From: Desulfobacteraceae bacterium
GTDB taxonomy: Bacteria > Desulfobacterota > Desulfobacteria > Desulfobacterales > Desulfatirhabdiaceae
DNA: 64,000 bases
Assembly: GCA_037439445.1 (NCBI GenBank)
Contig: JBBIWB010000011.1
Coordinates: 6,671 to 70,670 of the forward strand
Reading direction: 5' to 3'
In this document: positions 18,786 to 28,806 of the stretch, piece after piece
Layout of the letters: the number at the start of each line of letters is the position of its first letter
Numbering within the stretch: position 1 is the first letter of the stretch
The notes under the pieces: generated by a model
Told to the model about the DNA's origin: nothing
Database searches by the model: none
Seen by the model: the letters and a program-made list of their open reading frames with translations, nothing else
Position numbers and translations under genes: made by a program

Positions 18786-19436
18786 ATGAATGAAGTGATG
18801 GATGAATCAATATCAAAGACTCTTATATGGGAGACCCTTGTTGGAACGATTCGAATTCGTTCCTTTTGCACTAAAGATGAAATCAGTATGTGCAGCCTGG
18901 ACGGGCAGTTTGGAATACACCCTCAGTATAAATCCCTTTATACAAAAAAAGACACTCTTGAAAGAATATCAGAACTGCCTGATGCCAATGTAGTTCTTGC
19001 TTTGATAGACTATCAGCATATCATAGGGTTTGGAGTTCTTGTTCATCCTGATCCGGAAGAACGGTGGTATGAATTAGGAGAGGGGCTTATGGCTGAAGTC
19101 AAGGCAGTTGAGGTTTGCAGGGACTGGCGCTCTACTGGCATAGCCAGGGGAATTCTTGGGCTTCTAGTCGATCATCCAAAGATAGAGGACATGATTGCCT
19201 ACATGGTTGGGTATTCCTGGACATGGGATCTTGACGGAGCCCTTAAAAGCGCTCAGGAGTACAGGATGATGCTGATTCGCCTGTTCGGGAGTTTTGGATT
19301 TCAGGAATACCAGACAAATGACCCGAATATTTGCCTGAAAACCGAGAACATCTTCATGGCAAGAACTGGTGCCAACATCTCAAAAGACATTCGGGATAAG
19401 TTCAAATGGCTCAGATTTGGTCTGTCTCCTTCTTGA
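18786..19436 (+). CDS. AcuA-like GNAT acetyltransferase
   Basis: The segment HPDPEERW...AVEVCRDWRSTGIA...YSWTWDL...EYRMM...MARTGANISKD...RF closely parallels my recollection of Bacillus AcuA (YPDPLERW, IEVAPDYRG, YYWHWDL, EYRKMM, LMARIGKNVS). Confidence 0.65.
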   Translation: MNEVMDESISKTLIWETLVGTIRIRSFCTKDEISMCSLDGQFGIHPQYKSLYTKKDTLERISELPDANVVLALIDYQHIIGFGVLVHPDPEERWYELGEGLMAEVKAVEVCRDWRSTGIARGILGLLVDHPKIEDMIAYMVGYSWTWDLDGALKSAQEYRMMLIRLFGSFGFQEYQTNDPNICLKTENIFMARTGANISKDIRDKFKWLRFGLSPS

Positions 19437-19486
19437 TCTTGTGTATTTATAACAAACCGTCTTCCAGAAACAATTTGGCATCTCGG

Positions 19487-21004
19487 TCAGGGGTATGTCG
19501 CTTCTGGAGTCAGAGCCGGAATGTAGATGTCAACAGTGGTGCCCTTGTTCAATTCGGATTTTATCGAAATATAACCATCGTGTTTGTGAATGATTGAGTA
19601 AACTGTTGTGAGCCCAAGGCCCATTCCTTTTTGGGGTCCTAGTTCCTTGGTAGTGTAGTAAGGATCAAATATCCGCGGAAGATGCTCCGGAGGAATTCCT
19701 AATCCTTGATCTATTACCCTGATATGAATATAGTTATTGGGGATAAGAGAATTGACAGGAATCTGCTGCTTGCCTTGGGAAGTGATGTTGCTGGCCTGGA
19801 TATGAACCTTGCCTCCGTTTGGCATTGCCTGAATGGCATTTGACAGCAAATTCTCAATTGCATAACTGATCAAGCTTTCGTCTGCATTTGAATTCCACAG
19901 ATTATCTGATGACTCAAAGACAAATTGAATCCCAGGTCTGTTTTCAAAAGTTTTGATGGTTTTTCTTAAAAGATTTACTATCGAAAGAGGTTTTTTTGAA
20001 GGATGGCTGCCTTTGGACAAAACGATGAATTTGTTTATAAGCTCTTTTGCCTGATTACAGGTAAGCTCAGCTTTTTGAAGGATTTTAGATGCCTTGTCAT
20101 CAGGATTCAGGTAAAGCTGTGCAAGAGAAAGATTGCCCATAATAGTCATCATCAGATTATTGAAATCATGGGCTATGCCACCTGCCAGAGTGGCAGTGAA
20201 CTCCAGTTGCTGATTCTTTAATATCTGTTCCTGTAACAGCAGTTTTTCTGTTATGTCGTAAATTATACAAAAAATAGTTTGAACCTTGTTCTTATTGTCA
20301 ATTTCCTGAAAGCCGTTAAACAGGATTCTGGCTGAAGAACCGTCTTTTTTGCGAACGTCCAGCTCAAGGCTATGGCAATTTCCTGAACTGCGGGTCAAAA
20401 AGCTTTCAAACTTGTCAGCATCAGAAGAGGACAGAAAATCAGTATACTTTGAGTGTAAAACATCTTTTTCTGCATAACCCATAAATGCTTCCCATGCAAG
20501 GTTAACTGACAGGATGCATCCGTTTACGTCAATGATTTGATAAGGGACAGGAGCTTTTTCATACATGAGGCAAAACCGATCCTCTATGGAATGAAGTGAT
20601 TCCCGGGCAGTTTTTATCCGTAATATGGACTCTATGCGTTCAACCATCTCACTTCCTGAGACTGGTCTTTCAATATAACCATCAACTTCTGTTTCTGGCC
20701 CTTCAACCTGTTTTTCCGATGGTGTCATTTCCCTGGAAAGAAGGACAACAAGACACCTGTTTAAAACTGAATCAGCTTTTATCCTGCGGCATATTTCAAT
20801 CCAGTTTATCTCCGGCATAACTACATTAATTAAAATCAAATCCGGTTTTATTTCTTCTGCAAGCCTGATTCCTTCTGTGCCGGTTAAAGCTCCTGCAACA
20901 GAATAGCCTTCGGATGCCAATATTTCCGAAGTTTCCTTCAGCATGACGGGGCTGTCATCAATAACAAGAATTCGTACCTGATCTGCCATAAGATGTGGTT
21001 CCAT
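19487..21004 (-). CDS. Response-regulator receiver / PAS / histidine kinase fusion
   Basis: N-terminal REC (ILVIDDSPVML ... DLILINVVMP), central PAS, H-box GGIAHDFNNLM, and HATPase_c with G-boxes (DQGLGI, GMGLGL). Confidence 0.9.
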   Translation of the reverse strand: MEPHLMADQVRILVIDDSPVMLKETSEILASEGYSVAGALTGTEGIRLAEEIKPDLILINVVMPEINWIEICRRIKADSVLNRCLVVLLSREMTPSEKQVEGPETEVDGYIERPVSGSEMVERIESILRIKTARESLHSIEDRFCLMYEKAPVPYQIIDVNGCILSVNLAWEAFMGYAEKDVLHSKYTDFLSSSDADKFESFLTRSSGNCHSLELDVRKKDGSSARILFNGFQEIDNKNKVQTIFCIIYDITEKLLLQEQILKNQQLEFTATLAGGIAHDFNNLMMTIMGNLSLAQLYLNPDDKASKILQKAELTCNQAKELINKFIVLSKGSHPSKKPLSIVNLLRKTIKTFENRPGIQFVFESSDNLWNSNADESLISYAIENLLSNAIQAMPNGGKVHIQASNITSQGKQQIPVNSLIPNNYIHIRVIDQGLGIPPEHLPRIFDPYYTTKELGPQKGMGLGLTTVYSIIHKHDGYISIKSELNKGTTVDIYIPALTPEATYP

Positions 21005-21243
21005 TTTTTACAAGACCATCATATTTTACAGAACTGCCGATATCAGCTTGATCAAAAAGCGTAAGTAATCTATAATGTGTACTCACATGATCAAGGGTTT
21101 TCCTATCCCTGGATATGAAAATCCTAAATAAAGTAATTCCTGCAAACACAGGAACTTCTAAAATTATATAATAATTTCATCTTTATATAATTATTTTATG
21201 AGAATTACCAGTTGATTCTTGCTTTCAAACAAAGGATTTTTTC

Positions 21244-22143
21244 TTGATAGTAAATCAGACAGGAAGAATTCTCGACAATCTCTACATGCTTGGAAATCCT
21301 TCGATTCCAGTCTATCTTCTGGACGGGGATAAACCAGCCATTTTTGATGCCGGATTTTCTTTTTTAGGGCATCATTATGCAGAAGCAGTTTCAGAAGTTC
21401 TGAAGGGAAGAAGTCCTTCATACTGTATTCTGACCCATTCACATTTCGATCATTGCGGATCGGTTTCCGTCCTCAAATCACATTTTCCTGAAATGATGGT
21501 AGTCTCATCAGAGCAGGCCAAAGCCGTTCTGTCAAGGCCAAAGGCAATCGCGCTGATAAAAGAACTTAACAGAGCATCTGTTGAAGTATCGATTAGAAAT
21601 GGATTTTCCGTGGACTCAGCAATTGAATTTACGCCTTTTGACATTGAAATTACTGTAAAGGAAAACGATGAACTGATGGTATCTCCTGATAGAACCATAA
21701 GGGTAATAGAGACTCCAGGACATACCAGGGACTGTCTCAGTTATTATATTCCTGAAATCAAAGCCTTGATTTGCTCTGAGGCAGCAGGGGTTGCAGATAC
21801 CACAGGCTATATCGTATCTGACTGTCTCGTCGATTATGACCAGTATGTAAGTTCAATGAAAAAGCTCGAGGCTTTGAAGCCGGATGCAATTTGTACTGCT
21901 CACAGATATGCCTTTACAGGCGATGATGCGAAAAAATATATACCAAGATCCATGTTGTATTGCGAAGAATTTAAAAATATAGTAGATGCTTTTCTTGCAG
22001 AAGAAGATGGGGATATTCATAGGGTCATGACAAGGATCAAGGCTGTGGAGTATGATGTAAAACTTGAACCAAAGCAGCCTGAACCAGCATATATTTTGAA
22101 TCTTGAAGCACGTGTGAGGGCTGTAGGAAGATGCAAAGGATAG
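21244..22143 (+). CDS. MBL-fold metallo-hydrolase
   Basis: HSHFDHCG metal-binding motif and a downstream ETPGHT. The ORF track uses a TTG start. Confidence 0.8.
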   Translation: MIVNQTGRILDNLYMLGNPSIPVYLLDGDKPAIFDAGFSFLGHHYAEAVSEVLKGRSPSYCILTHSHFDHCGSVSVLKSHFPEMMVVSSEQAKAVLSRPKAIALIKELNRASVEVSIRNGFSVDSAIEFTPFDIEITVKENDELMVSPDRTIRVIETPGHTRDCLSYYIPEIKALICSEAAGVADTTGYIVSDCLVDYDQYVSSMKKLEALKPDAICTAHRYAFTGDDAKKYIPRSMLYCEEFKNIVDAFLAEEDGDIHRVMTRIKAVEYDVKLEPKQPEPAYILNLEARVRAVGRCKG

Positions 22144-23081
22144 ATTCAGAGATCATGCAGCCATTTCCTGATCTTGAGGTCAGGATTGCAGGGGGGCTTA
22201 CCCTCAAAAACCCTGTAATGACTGCTTCAGGAACATTTGGATATGCAGGTGAATTTGTAGACCTTATGGATCTGAATCGCCTTGGTGCGATTGTCGTCAA
22301 GGGACTTTCTTTGGAGCCTTCTCCAGGGAATCCACCTCCAAGGATTGCGGAAACTCCTTGCGGGATGCTGAATGCCATCGGTCTTGAAAATGTAGGGATA
22401 GAGGCATTTATCTCCAACAAGCTCCCGTTTCTTAAAACTTTATCAGCCCCTGTCATTCTAAATATCTACGGAAAAAGCATAGAAGAATACGCTCAGCTTG
22501 CAAAGCGCATAGAAGATGTTGAAGGCATTGCCGCGATTGAGGTTAATATTTCATGCCCTAATGTTAAATCAGGCGGTATTGCCTTCGGAGTAGATCCATT
22601 GTCTGCATTTGAAGTGATCAGTGCTGTAAGGAAACAAACCCTTAAAACCCTTATTGCCAAGCTTTCTCCGAATGTGACAGATATTACACTGATAGCAAGA
22701 AGTGCAGTCGATGCCGGTGCAGACTGCCTGTCTTTGATAAATACTCTTACAGGCATGGCTATAGATATTGAAACCAGAAGACCAAAGCTTGCCAACATTA
22801 CGGGCGGTTTATCAGGGCCTGCCATAAAACCCGTGGCTTTAAGAATGGTATGGCAGGTCGCTGGTGCTGTTTCGGTTCCAATAATTGGCATTGGAGGAAT
22901 AATGAATGCTTCTGATGCCATAGAATTTTTAATTGCCGGTGCATCTGCAGTTCAGGTTGGGACAGCTAATTTTGTCAATCCCAGGGCAACCATGGACATA
23001 ATCGATGGAATTGAAGAGTTTTTAATCCGTTATAATATTGAGAAAATTTCGGATATTATTGGAACCCTTATAACCACTTAG
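22131..23081 (+). CDS. pyrD: Dihydroorotate dehydrogenase, class 1B catalytic subunit
   Basis: [27 protein letters not shown] and IIGIGGI motifs. The start could be ATG 22131 or ATG 22155. Confidence 0.9.
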   Translation: MQRIDSEIMQPFPDLEVRIAGGLTLKNPVMTASGTFGYAGEFVDLMDLNRLGAIVVKGLSLEPSPGNPPPRIAETPCGMLNAIGLENVGIEAFISNKLPFLKTLSAPVILNIYGKSIEEYAQLAKRIEDVEGIAAIEVNISCPNVKSGGIAFGVDPLSAFEVISAVRKQTLKTLIAKLSPNVTDITLIARSAVDAGADCLSLINTLTGMAIDIETRRPKLANITGGLSGPAIKPVALRMVWQVAGAVSVPIIGIGGIMNASDAIEFLIAGASAVQVGTANFVNPRATMDIIDGIEEFLIRYNIEKISDIIGTLITT

Positions 23082-23106
23082 GAATAAATACAAAAAGGAT
23101 AGAGTC

Positions 23107-23577
23107 ATGGATTTTAATAACTATAAGTCAATTATTGATTTTGCCATTCAAATGGAAGTAGCGGCAGCAGCATTTTACGATGAAGTTTCAAGGGAAGAAA
23201 CAAGAGTTGAAACAAAAAAAATGCTCCAGGATTTTGCCAATGAAGAAAGAAAGCACCGGGATCTTTTACAGAACCTCGACTGCACTGGCGAGTGTAAACT
23301 TGCCACCGAGGATTATAAATTCAAATGGATAACTGACATAAAGAGAAGCAATTATATGATTGATATCAAATGGCATAAAGGAATGTCTTACAGCGATATT
23401 TTGTTATATGCAATGAAACGTGAAGAAAAAGCCCTTGCTCTTTATAATGAAATGCAAATTAAGTCTGAAACAGAATCAGCAAAAAAAATCTTCAAAATAT
23501 TGTGCCAGGAAGAAGCAAGGCATAAACTGTCCCTTGAAAAACTCTATGATGAGTATATGGCCAAGATGGGGGATTGA
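23107..23577 (+). CDS. Ferritin-like/rubrerythrin diiron-domain protein (no rubredoxin domain)
   Basis: Two E...ExxH-type helices (ANEERKH and CQEEARH) in a 156-aa four-helix-bundle-sized protein. Confidence 0.7.
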   Translation: MDFNNYKSIIDFAIQMEVAAAAFYDEVSREETRVETKKMLQDFANEERKHRDLLQNLDCTGECKLATEDYKFKWITDIKRSNYMIDIKWHKGMSYSDILLYAMKREEKALALYNEMQIKSETESAKKIFKILCQEEARHKLSLEKLYDEYMAKMGD

Positions 23578-23760
23578 AGTTTGTTAGTTGTATCCTTTAC
23601 TGCTCAAGCAGATAGACTATGATGTTTTAGACTTTTTGGAGCGCACCACGACAGGCAGATACAGGCGCATAATGAGTCCTTCACATGCCTATCAGCCTTC
23701 AGTCCTCAGTCTTAAGCATCCGGGCAGTTCGAAAAATGAAAAGAAAGGAAGTTTTTTTGT

Positions 23761-24300
23761 ATGAAGCGAAAAAATATTGTACTGGTATTAATGGCCGCAG
23801 CCATTATGCTCTTTGGATCAATATCATATGCACAAGAGCTTAAGGTAGGAAGTAAGGCTTCTGACTGGTCTTTTCCGGATTCAGAAGATAAAACCTTCAG
23901 CATGGAGTCCTGGGCAGGAAAAGTGCTTCTTATCAATTATGTTGATCCTGATGAATCTGACCTGAACGATCATTTCACAGATGCAATGAAAAAAGCCAAG
24001 GATCAGGGGTTGCTCAAAGACGAAACCTACAAAGGAATAGGAATAGCTGACTGCAAATCTACATGGAAGCCGGATGTTCTTATTCGAACCATAGCAGGGA
24101 AAAAAGCCAAGAAATACAACACCGTCATTCTTTTTGACTATGATGCAACACTGAGAAAGGCATGGGGGCTTTCAGCCGATACAGCCAATGCCATTCTTCT
24201 TGATAAAAATCGGATAGTAAGGGCAATTGTAAGAGGGAAAGTTCCTGAAAGTGAAGTGGCATCTATAGTTAAGATGGCTGTTGACCTTCAGTCAGATTAA
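23761..24300 (+). CDS. Secreted thioredoxin-fold protein without CxxC (YtfJ-like)
   Basis: Signal peptide (MKRKNIVLVLMAAAIMLFGSISYA). AhpC/TSA-like beginning (LKVGSKASDWSFPDSEDKTFSMESWAGKVLLINYVDPD) with no redox Cys. Confidence 0.5.
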   Translation: MKRKNIVLVLMAAAIMLFGSISYAQELKVGSKASDWSFPDSEDKTFSMESWAGKVLLINYVDPDESDLNDHFTDAMKKAKDQGLLKDETYKGIGIADCKSTWKPDVLIRTIAGKKAKKYNTVILFDYDATLRKAWGLSADTANAILLDKNRIVRAIVRGKVPESEVASIVKMAVDLQSD

Positions 24301-25206
24301 CCCCAGCATGACAGCCTGATCATGAACCATCTTTGCAAGCCGGACGGTTGCCTTGTCAACCATCCGGCCGTCTACTTGTACAGCACCCAATCCTTTTGCC
24401 TCAGCCTCATGATAAGCCGCAAGCACTTTTTCTGCCCGTTCAATGTCTTCACCGGAAGGTGAAAAAGTCTCATTTATCATATCTATTTGATCGGGATGTA
24501 TTGCCCATTTTCCGTCATAGCCAAGGGCACAGGCCATTGCAGCCCCATGTTTCAAACCTTCATGGTCTTTGAAATTACCATATGGGGCATCTATTGCCTG
24601 AAGACCATTTGATTTTGCCGACATAACAACTTTGCTCATGGGAAAATGCCATCTGTGGCCAGGATAAATTTCAGCTTCTTTTTCACCATGTCCTGAAATT
24701 GAAACAAGCCTGGCTCCAACTGAAGCAGAATAATCTGCTACTCCAAAAACAAGGGTGTGTAGTCTGTCGCTTGCCTTAGCTATTTCTGATATTTTTTCAA
24801 GTCCCATGGCTGTTTCTATCGAAGCCTCTATTCCGATACGCCTTGTCCACCCCTTATTCATTTCAATGCCGTCAAGCATCCTGCTTACAAAGTGAACATC
24901 TCCAGGGTCATTTATTTTGGGGACTATGACCGCATCTATGACCTGTCCCGCTGCTTCTGCAACTTCAAGAAGATCTCGGTAGCCATAAGGTGTGTCTATT
25001 GCATTCATTCTGAACAAGACAGTTTTTTTGCACCAGTCAGAAGATATAAGAGACTGGATTATCGTTGTTCTTGCCTCAATCTTCAGTTCGGCAGGGACGC
25101 TATCTTCTAGATCAAGCATTATGGCATCGGCATTCGTTTTAATAGCCTTGTCATGCATCTTCCTAACATGCCCTGGAACTGACAATACTGTTCTTCTATA
25201 TTTCAT
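24292..25206 (-). CDS. HpcH/HpaI aldolase / citrate lyase beta (CitE, malyl-CoA lyase-like) family protein
   Basis: RTVLSVPG...DAIMLDLEDSV...VPKINDPGDV...G(I)EASIETA...FGVADY pattern. I call the ATG at 25206 (MKYRRTVLSVPG). The track ORF extends to 25368 with a non-homologous Cys-rich leader. Confidence 0.85.
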   Translation of the reverse strand: MKYRRTVLSVPGHVRKMHDKAIKTNADAIMLDLEDSVPAELKIEARTTIIQSLISSDWCKKTVLFRMNAIDTPYGYRDLLEVAEAAGQVIDAVIVPKINDPGDVHFVSRMLDGIEMNKGWTRRIGIEASIETAMGLEKISEIAKASDRLHTLVFGVADYSASVGARLVSISGHGEKEAEIYPGHRWHFPMSKVVMSAKSNGLQAIDAPYGNFKDHEGLKHGAAMACALGYDGKWAIHPDQIDMINETFSPSGEDIERAEKVLAAYHEAEAKGLGAVQVDGRMVDKATVRLAKMVHDQAVMLGLI

Positions 25207-25409
25207 ATGAGAGAAAACTCCTTTCTCATCAGCGTCACTGATGCATTGGATACGCTTGCACAGAGTAAGTCTGAGTATTTTTAGTGAAGCTTTCCCCATT
25301 GTCAAGACAAAAAATCGAGTTTCGATTTGCTGAAATATGCAACAAATATAATGAATTCGTAAACGCACATGAATCCGGGCTTAACTTCCAGATATGATGA
25401 TAAACAAAA

Positions 25410-25508
25410 CCGTCATTCCGGGGTTGATCCCCAATCCAGACCTTTAATCAGGTTTTCTAGATAGTGCCCCCAATTTTCATCGGGATGAGGCTCCGGTATG
25501 ACAGAGGT
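25410..25508. repeat. Imperfect inverted repeat (MITE-like remnant?) in the CitE/amt intergenic region
   Basis: The left arm CCGTCATTCCGGGGTTGATCCCCAATCC is compared with the reverse complement of the right arm, CTGTCATACCGGAGCCTCATCCCGATG. By eye, roughly 17 of 24 positions match. There is no coding capacity. Confidence 0.3.
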
Positions 25509-25569
25509 AATGTATTTTCACGGTAATAAGTCAAACTTAATCAGCATTGAGAATATATTAAAATAAATA

Positions 25570-26865
25570 TCAGGAAATGATGATTTCAAACCCCCTTTCT
25601 CCGTGCCTGGAGGTGTCCAGACCTGCGATTTCGTCATCTCTTTCGACCCTCAGCCCATTGGTTGCAAGAGATGTAATCCGGATGATTATAAAAGTGCCTG
25701 CGGCGCTAAAGATTGCTGTGGCAACAATGGAGATAACTTGAATCAGAATCTGCTTGGGATTGCCGTAGAGAAGGCCTATTCCTGTAGGGTTTACTGCTGG
25801 ATTAGCAAAAATACCACAGGCAAGAGCGCCCCAGATACCACAGATTCCATGAACTCCGAAAACATCCAGGGAGTCGTCATAGCCAAGCTTATGCTTCAGT
25901 CTGGAGACAGATAAAAATCCCAGGACCCCTGCAACAAAACCAATAACAAGGGCTGCTGACAAATCCACAAATCCGGATGCCGGAGTTATGGAAACCAGTC
26001 CAGCAACTATACCGGATGCAATTCCAAGCATAGTTGGCTTTCTGGTGAAATACCATTCTGCAGACATCCATGCAATAGCACCCATAGCGGCAGAGGTGTT
26101 TGTGGTCAGAAATGCTAATCCTGTCTGACCGTCTGCTGCCAACTGACTGCCTGCATTGAATCCGAACCATCCAAACCAGAGAAGAGCTGCACCCAGACCG
26201 CTCAGGGCAATACTGGATGGAAACATGGTTTCCTTGCCATATCCGATCCTTTTTCCGACGACAATAGCCAGAACCAGTCCAGCAACACCTGCATTTATAT
26301 GTACAACATTTCCACCTGCAAAATCGAGGGCACCCATCTTACCCATCCATCCTCCACCCCATGCCCAGTGTGCAATCGGGCAATAAATGAAAATTATCCA
26401 TAAAGTCGTAAAAAGGAGCCAGGCAGAAAATTTCATTCTGTCAACAATTGAGCCCACTACCAGCGCTACCGTGATTCCAGCAAATGTCATCTGGAACATG
26501 ACATAAATATAGGTTGGTATGGTTCCTGTGAGGCTTTTGACCGTAATGTTGTTCAGAAAAGCATACTCAAGCCCACCTATGAAACCTCCAATATCGGGTC
26601 CAAAAGAAAGCGTATAGCCTACTATGACCCAGATGATACTTGCCAGGCAATATGACATAAATGTCATTGCAAAGGTATTAAGTAGATTTTTGTATCTTGA
26701 CATTCCGCCATAGAATAGTGCCAGCCCAGCTGGGGTCATGACCATTACAAGTGCTGTGGACATAATAATCCATGCTGTATCTCCTGAATTCAAGGCTGGC
26801 TCATCGGCAAAGGCAGAAGTTGCGGATAAAATAATAAATAACAGTGACGAGATGATGAATTTCAT
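25570..26865 (-). CDS. amt: Ammonium transporter (Amt family) with signal peptide
   Basis: 431 aa and 11-12 TM. Amt signatures include DFAGGNVVHINAG, FGWFGFNAGS and DDSLDVFGVHGICGIWG. Confidence 0.95.
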   Translation of the reverse strand: MKFIISSLLFIILSATSAFADEPALNSGDTAWIIMSTALVMVMTPAGLALFYGGMSRYKNLLNTFAMTFMSYCLASIIWVIVGYTLSFGPDIGGFIGGLEYAFLNNITVKSLTGTIPTYIYVMFQMTFAGITVALVVGSIVDRMKFSAWLLFTTLWIIFIYCPIAHWAWGGGWMGKMGALDFAGGNVVHINAGVAGLVLAIVVGKRIGYGKETMFPSSIALSGLGAALLWFGWFGFNAGSQLAADGQTGLAFLTTNTSAAMGAIAWMSAEWYFTRKPTMLGIASGIVAGLVSITPASGFVDLSAALVIGFVAGVLGFLSVSRLKHKLGYDDSLDVFGVHGICGIWGALACGIFANPAVNPTGIGLLYGNPKQILIQVISIVATAIFSAAGTFIIIRITSLATNGLRVERDDEIAGLDTSRHGERGFEIIIS

Positions 26866-26939
26866 TTTGATCTCCTTTTCTTTTTCAAATCATATAGTAC
26901 TGGGTATCGTATTAAACCACTGATTTACAGACAGGAAAA

Positions 26940-26954
26940 GCAAGACCAGTGCCA
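26940..26954 (-). promoter_or_regulatory. Sigma-54 (-24/-12) promoter upstream of amt
   Basis: The minus strand reads TGGCAC-TGGTC-TTGC, an exact match to the TGGCAC-N5-TTGC consensus with GG-N10-GC spacing. It lies about 75 nt upstream of the amt ATG, which is preceded by AAGGAG. Confidence 0.7.
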
Positions 26955-27192
26955 TATAAATAACATAATAAATTTATTGAGTTTATTAATATCAGAAGAT
27001 TTTTTGAACAAGAATTTAATTACATAATTGTAGTAATTGAATCATATAATACATTTATGTAATATTGACCAATGCGATGGGGTTGGACAGGAACAAACCG
27101 AAAAACTTATTTTGTGTTTGCAGCGGTTTTAAAAAGATATGCCCGAATCGGGTTGATGCGCCCGAATGCAATGCGATAATGCTTTTTTATGG

Positions 27193-28245
27193 TCAAGATA
27201 TGGCTTTTTGCCTGAGGAGATGATCAGCAAGAACTAGTCTTACCATTGCTTCGCATACAGGATTAATGCGAGGGATTGCGGAAACATCATGCCTGCCTTT
27301 AATGGAAAGGGTCACAGGCTCGTTCAGGCGGTTAATGCTTTGCTGCTCTATGGAAATCGAAGGAATGGGTTTTACCCCGACCCTTATAATGATGTCATCT
27401 CCGTTTGAAATACCTGCTAAAATTCCTCCTGCGTTGTTTGATAAAAAACCATCAGGTGTAATGGGATCGTTATTCTCGGAACCAAGAAGGTCTGAAGCTG
27501 CAAAGCCAGCTCCTATTTCTACTCCCTTGACTGCACCTATGCTCATCAATGCCTTCGCCAGATCAGCATCCAGCTTGTCAAAAACCGGCTCACCCAGCCC
27601 TGGCGGTACTCCTGTTGCTATTATTTCAACTATTCCTCCTATGGAATCGCCTTTTTTACGAATCTCATCGACTCTTCTGGCCATGGCTGTTGCGGCTTCC
27701 TTGTCAGGGCATCTGAATGGATTGCTGCTGGCCTCGACAGGATCAAAGCCCACTGCCCTTACATTGCCAAGCATGCGGGTGAAGGCTTCTACATGGATAC
27801 TGTTCCGGTCAAGTAAAACCTTTGCAACTGCACTTGCTGCAACTCTTGCAGCGGTTTCGCGTGCTGATGCCCTTCCGCCCCCCCTCCAGTCCCTTATTCC
27901 GTATTTTGTCTGATAAGTGATATCTCCATGGCCAGGGCGATAGGCATCTGCAAAGGGCTGATAAGAACTTGAATCAGCGTCCACATTTTGTATGATTATG
28001 GAAACAGGGGTTCCGGTTGTCTTTCCTTCAAACACACCTGATAATATAGATGCCCTGTCTGTTTCCTTTCTTCCGGTGCTGGCAGATGATCCTCCGGGAC
28101 GTCTTCGGTCAAGACAGGACTGAATTTTTTCCTCATCAAGATCAAGTCCAGAAGGGCATCCATCTATAACGACACCTGTTGCTTTCCCATGAGACTCACC
28201 CCAGGTAGTGACCCTAAAAATTGATCCGAAAGTATTTCCAGCCAT
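27193..28245 (-). CDS. aroC: Chorismate synthase
   Basis: Contains FRVTTWGESHG, GRSSARETAARVAA-like (GRASARETAARVAAS) and GGILAGISNG. Confidence 0.95.
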   Translation of the reverse strand: MAGNTFGSIFRVTTWGESHGKATGVVIDGCPSGLDLDEEKIQSCLDRRRPGGSSASTGRKETDRASILSGVFEGKTTGTPVSIIIQNVDADSSSYQPFADAYRPGHGDITYQTKYGIRDWRGGGRASARETAARVAASAVAKVLLDRNSIHVEAFTRMLGNVRAVGFDPVEASSNPFRCPDKEAATAMARRVDEIRKKGDSIGGIVEIIATGVPPGLGEPVFDKLDADLAKALMSIGAVKGVEIGAGFAASDLLGSENNDPITPDGFLSNNAGGILAGISNGDDIIIRVGVKPIPSISIEQQSINRLNEPVTLSIKGRHDVSAIPRINPVCEAMVRLVLADHLLRQKAIS

Positions 28246-28287
28246 AATTTATTTCCTTTTTGCCTTCCAGCCATCAATTTTGACTTT

Positions 28288-28806
28288 TTATGTGTTGAGC
28301 CTGATGAATTCCAGGATTTTCCTGCTAATTAATTCAACTTCCATTTTATCTGAATCGATTGCAAAGTCGCAGGCTTTTCTATAAAGCAGTTGTCTTTCAA
28401 TGAAAAGAGGGCGTTCGTCTGAGACGACAGAAAAGGGAAGGGCAGGGCGCTGATCCTTTGTGCAGGGGTCGCAGGCCATTCTGGCTTTGGCAGTTTCATG
28501 TCTGACTCTTATCCAGACAATTTTCCCTGCTCTTTTCATGTTGTCGATGTTTTCAGGATTAAGTACTGCCCCCCCTCCTGTTGCAACAATATGACGATCA
28601 AGAAGGGTGGTCTTTAAAATAACACTTTTTTCTATATCTCTGAAAGAGTTCCAGCCTTTTTCTTCAACCATTTTGCTTATTGTCATTCCGGCAGTTCTGA
28701 CTGATTCTTCGTCACTATCCAGAAAAGACCAGTCAAGAAGCCGGGAAAGGGCTTTACCCACAGAGGTTTTTCCTGAACATCTGTATCCTACGAGATAAAT
28801 ATTCAT
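28288..28806 (-). CDS. aroK: Shikimate kinase
   Basis: Walker A GYRCSGKTSVG, FLDSDE and the ATGGGAV motif. 4-nt overlap with aroA. Confidence 0.9.
   Translation of the reverse strand: MNIYLVGYRCSGKTSVGKALSRLLDWSFLDSDEESVRTAGMTISKMVEEKGWNSFRDIEKSVILKTTLLDRHIVATGGGAVLNPENIDNMKRAGKIVWIRVRHETAKARMACDPCTKDQRPALPFSVVSDERPLFIERQLLYRKACDFAIDSDKMEVELISRKILEFIRLNT

Noticed and set aside
21162-21192. The 10-bp perfect palindrome arms AATTATATAA / TTATATAATT in the divergent kinase/MBL promoter region.
   Set aside because: The sequence is pure AT, TATA-like low-complexity DNA of the kind expected in promoters. It is not distinguishable from -10-like sequence by eye, so it was not reported as an operator.
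25207-25368. The 54-codon N-terminal extension of the CitE/HpcH ORF (MRLRIHYICCIFQQ...).
   Set aside because: Homology begins at MKYRRTVLSVPG (ATG 25206). The extension is Cys/Ile-rich with no family resemblance.
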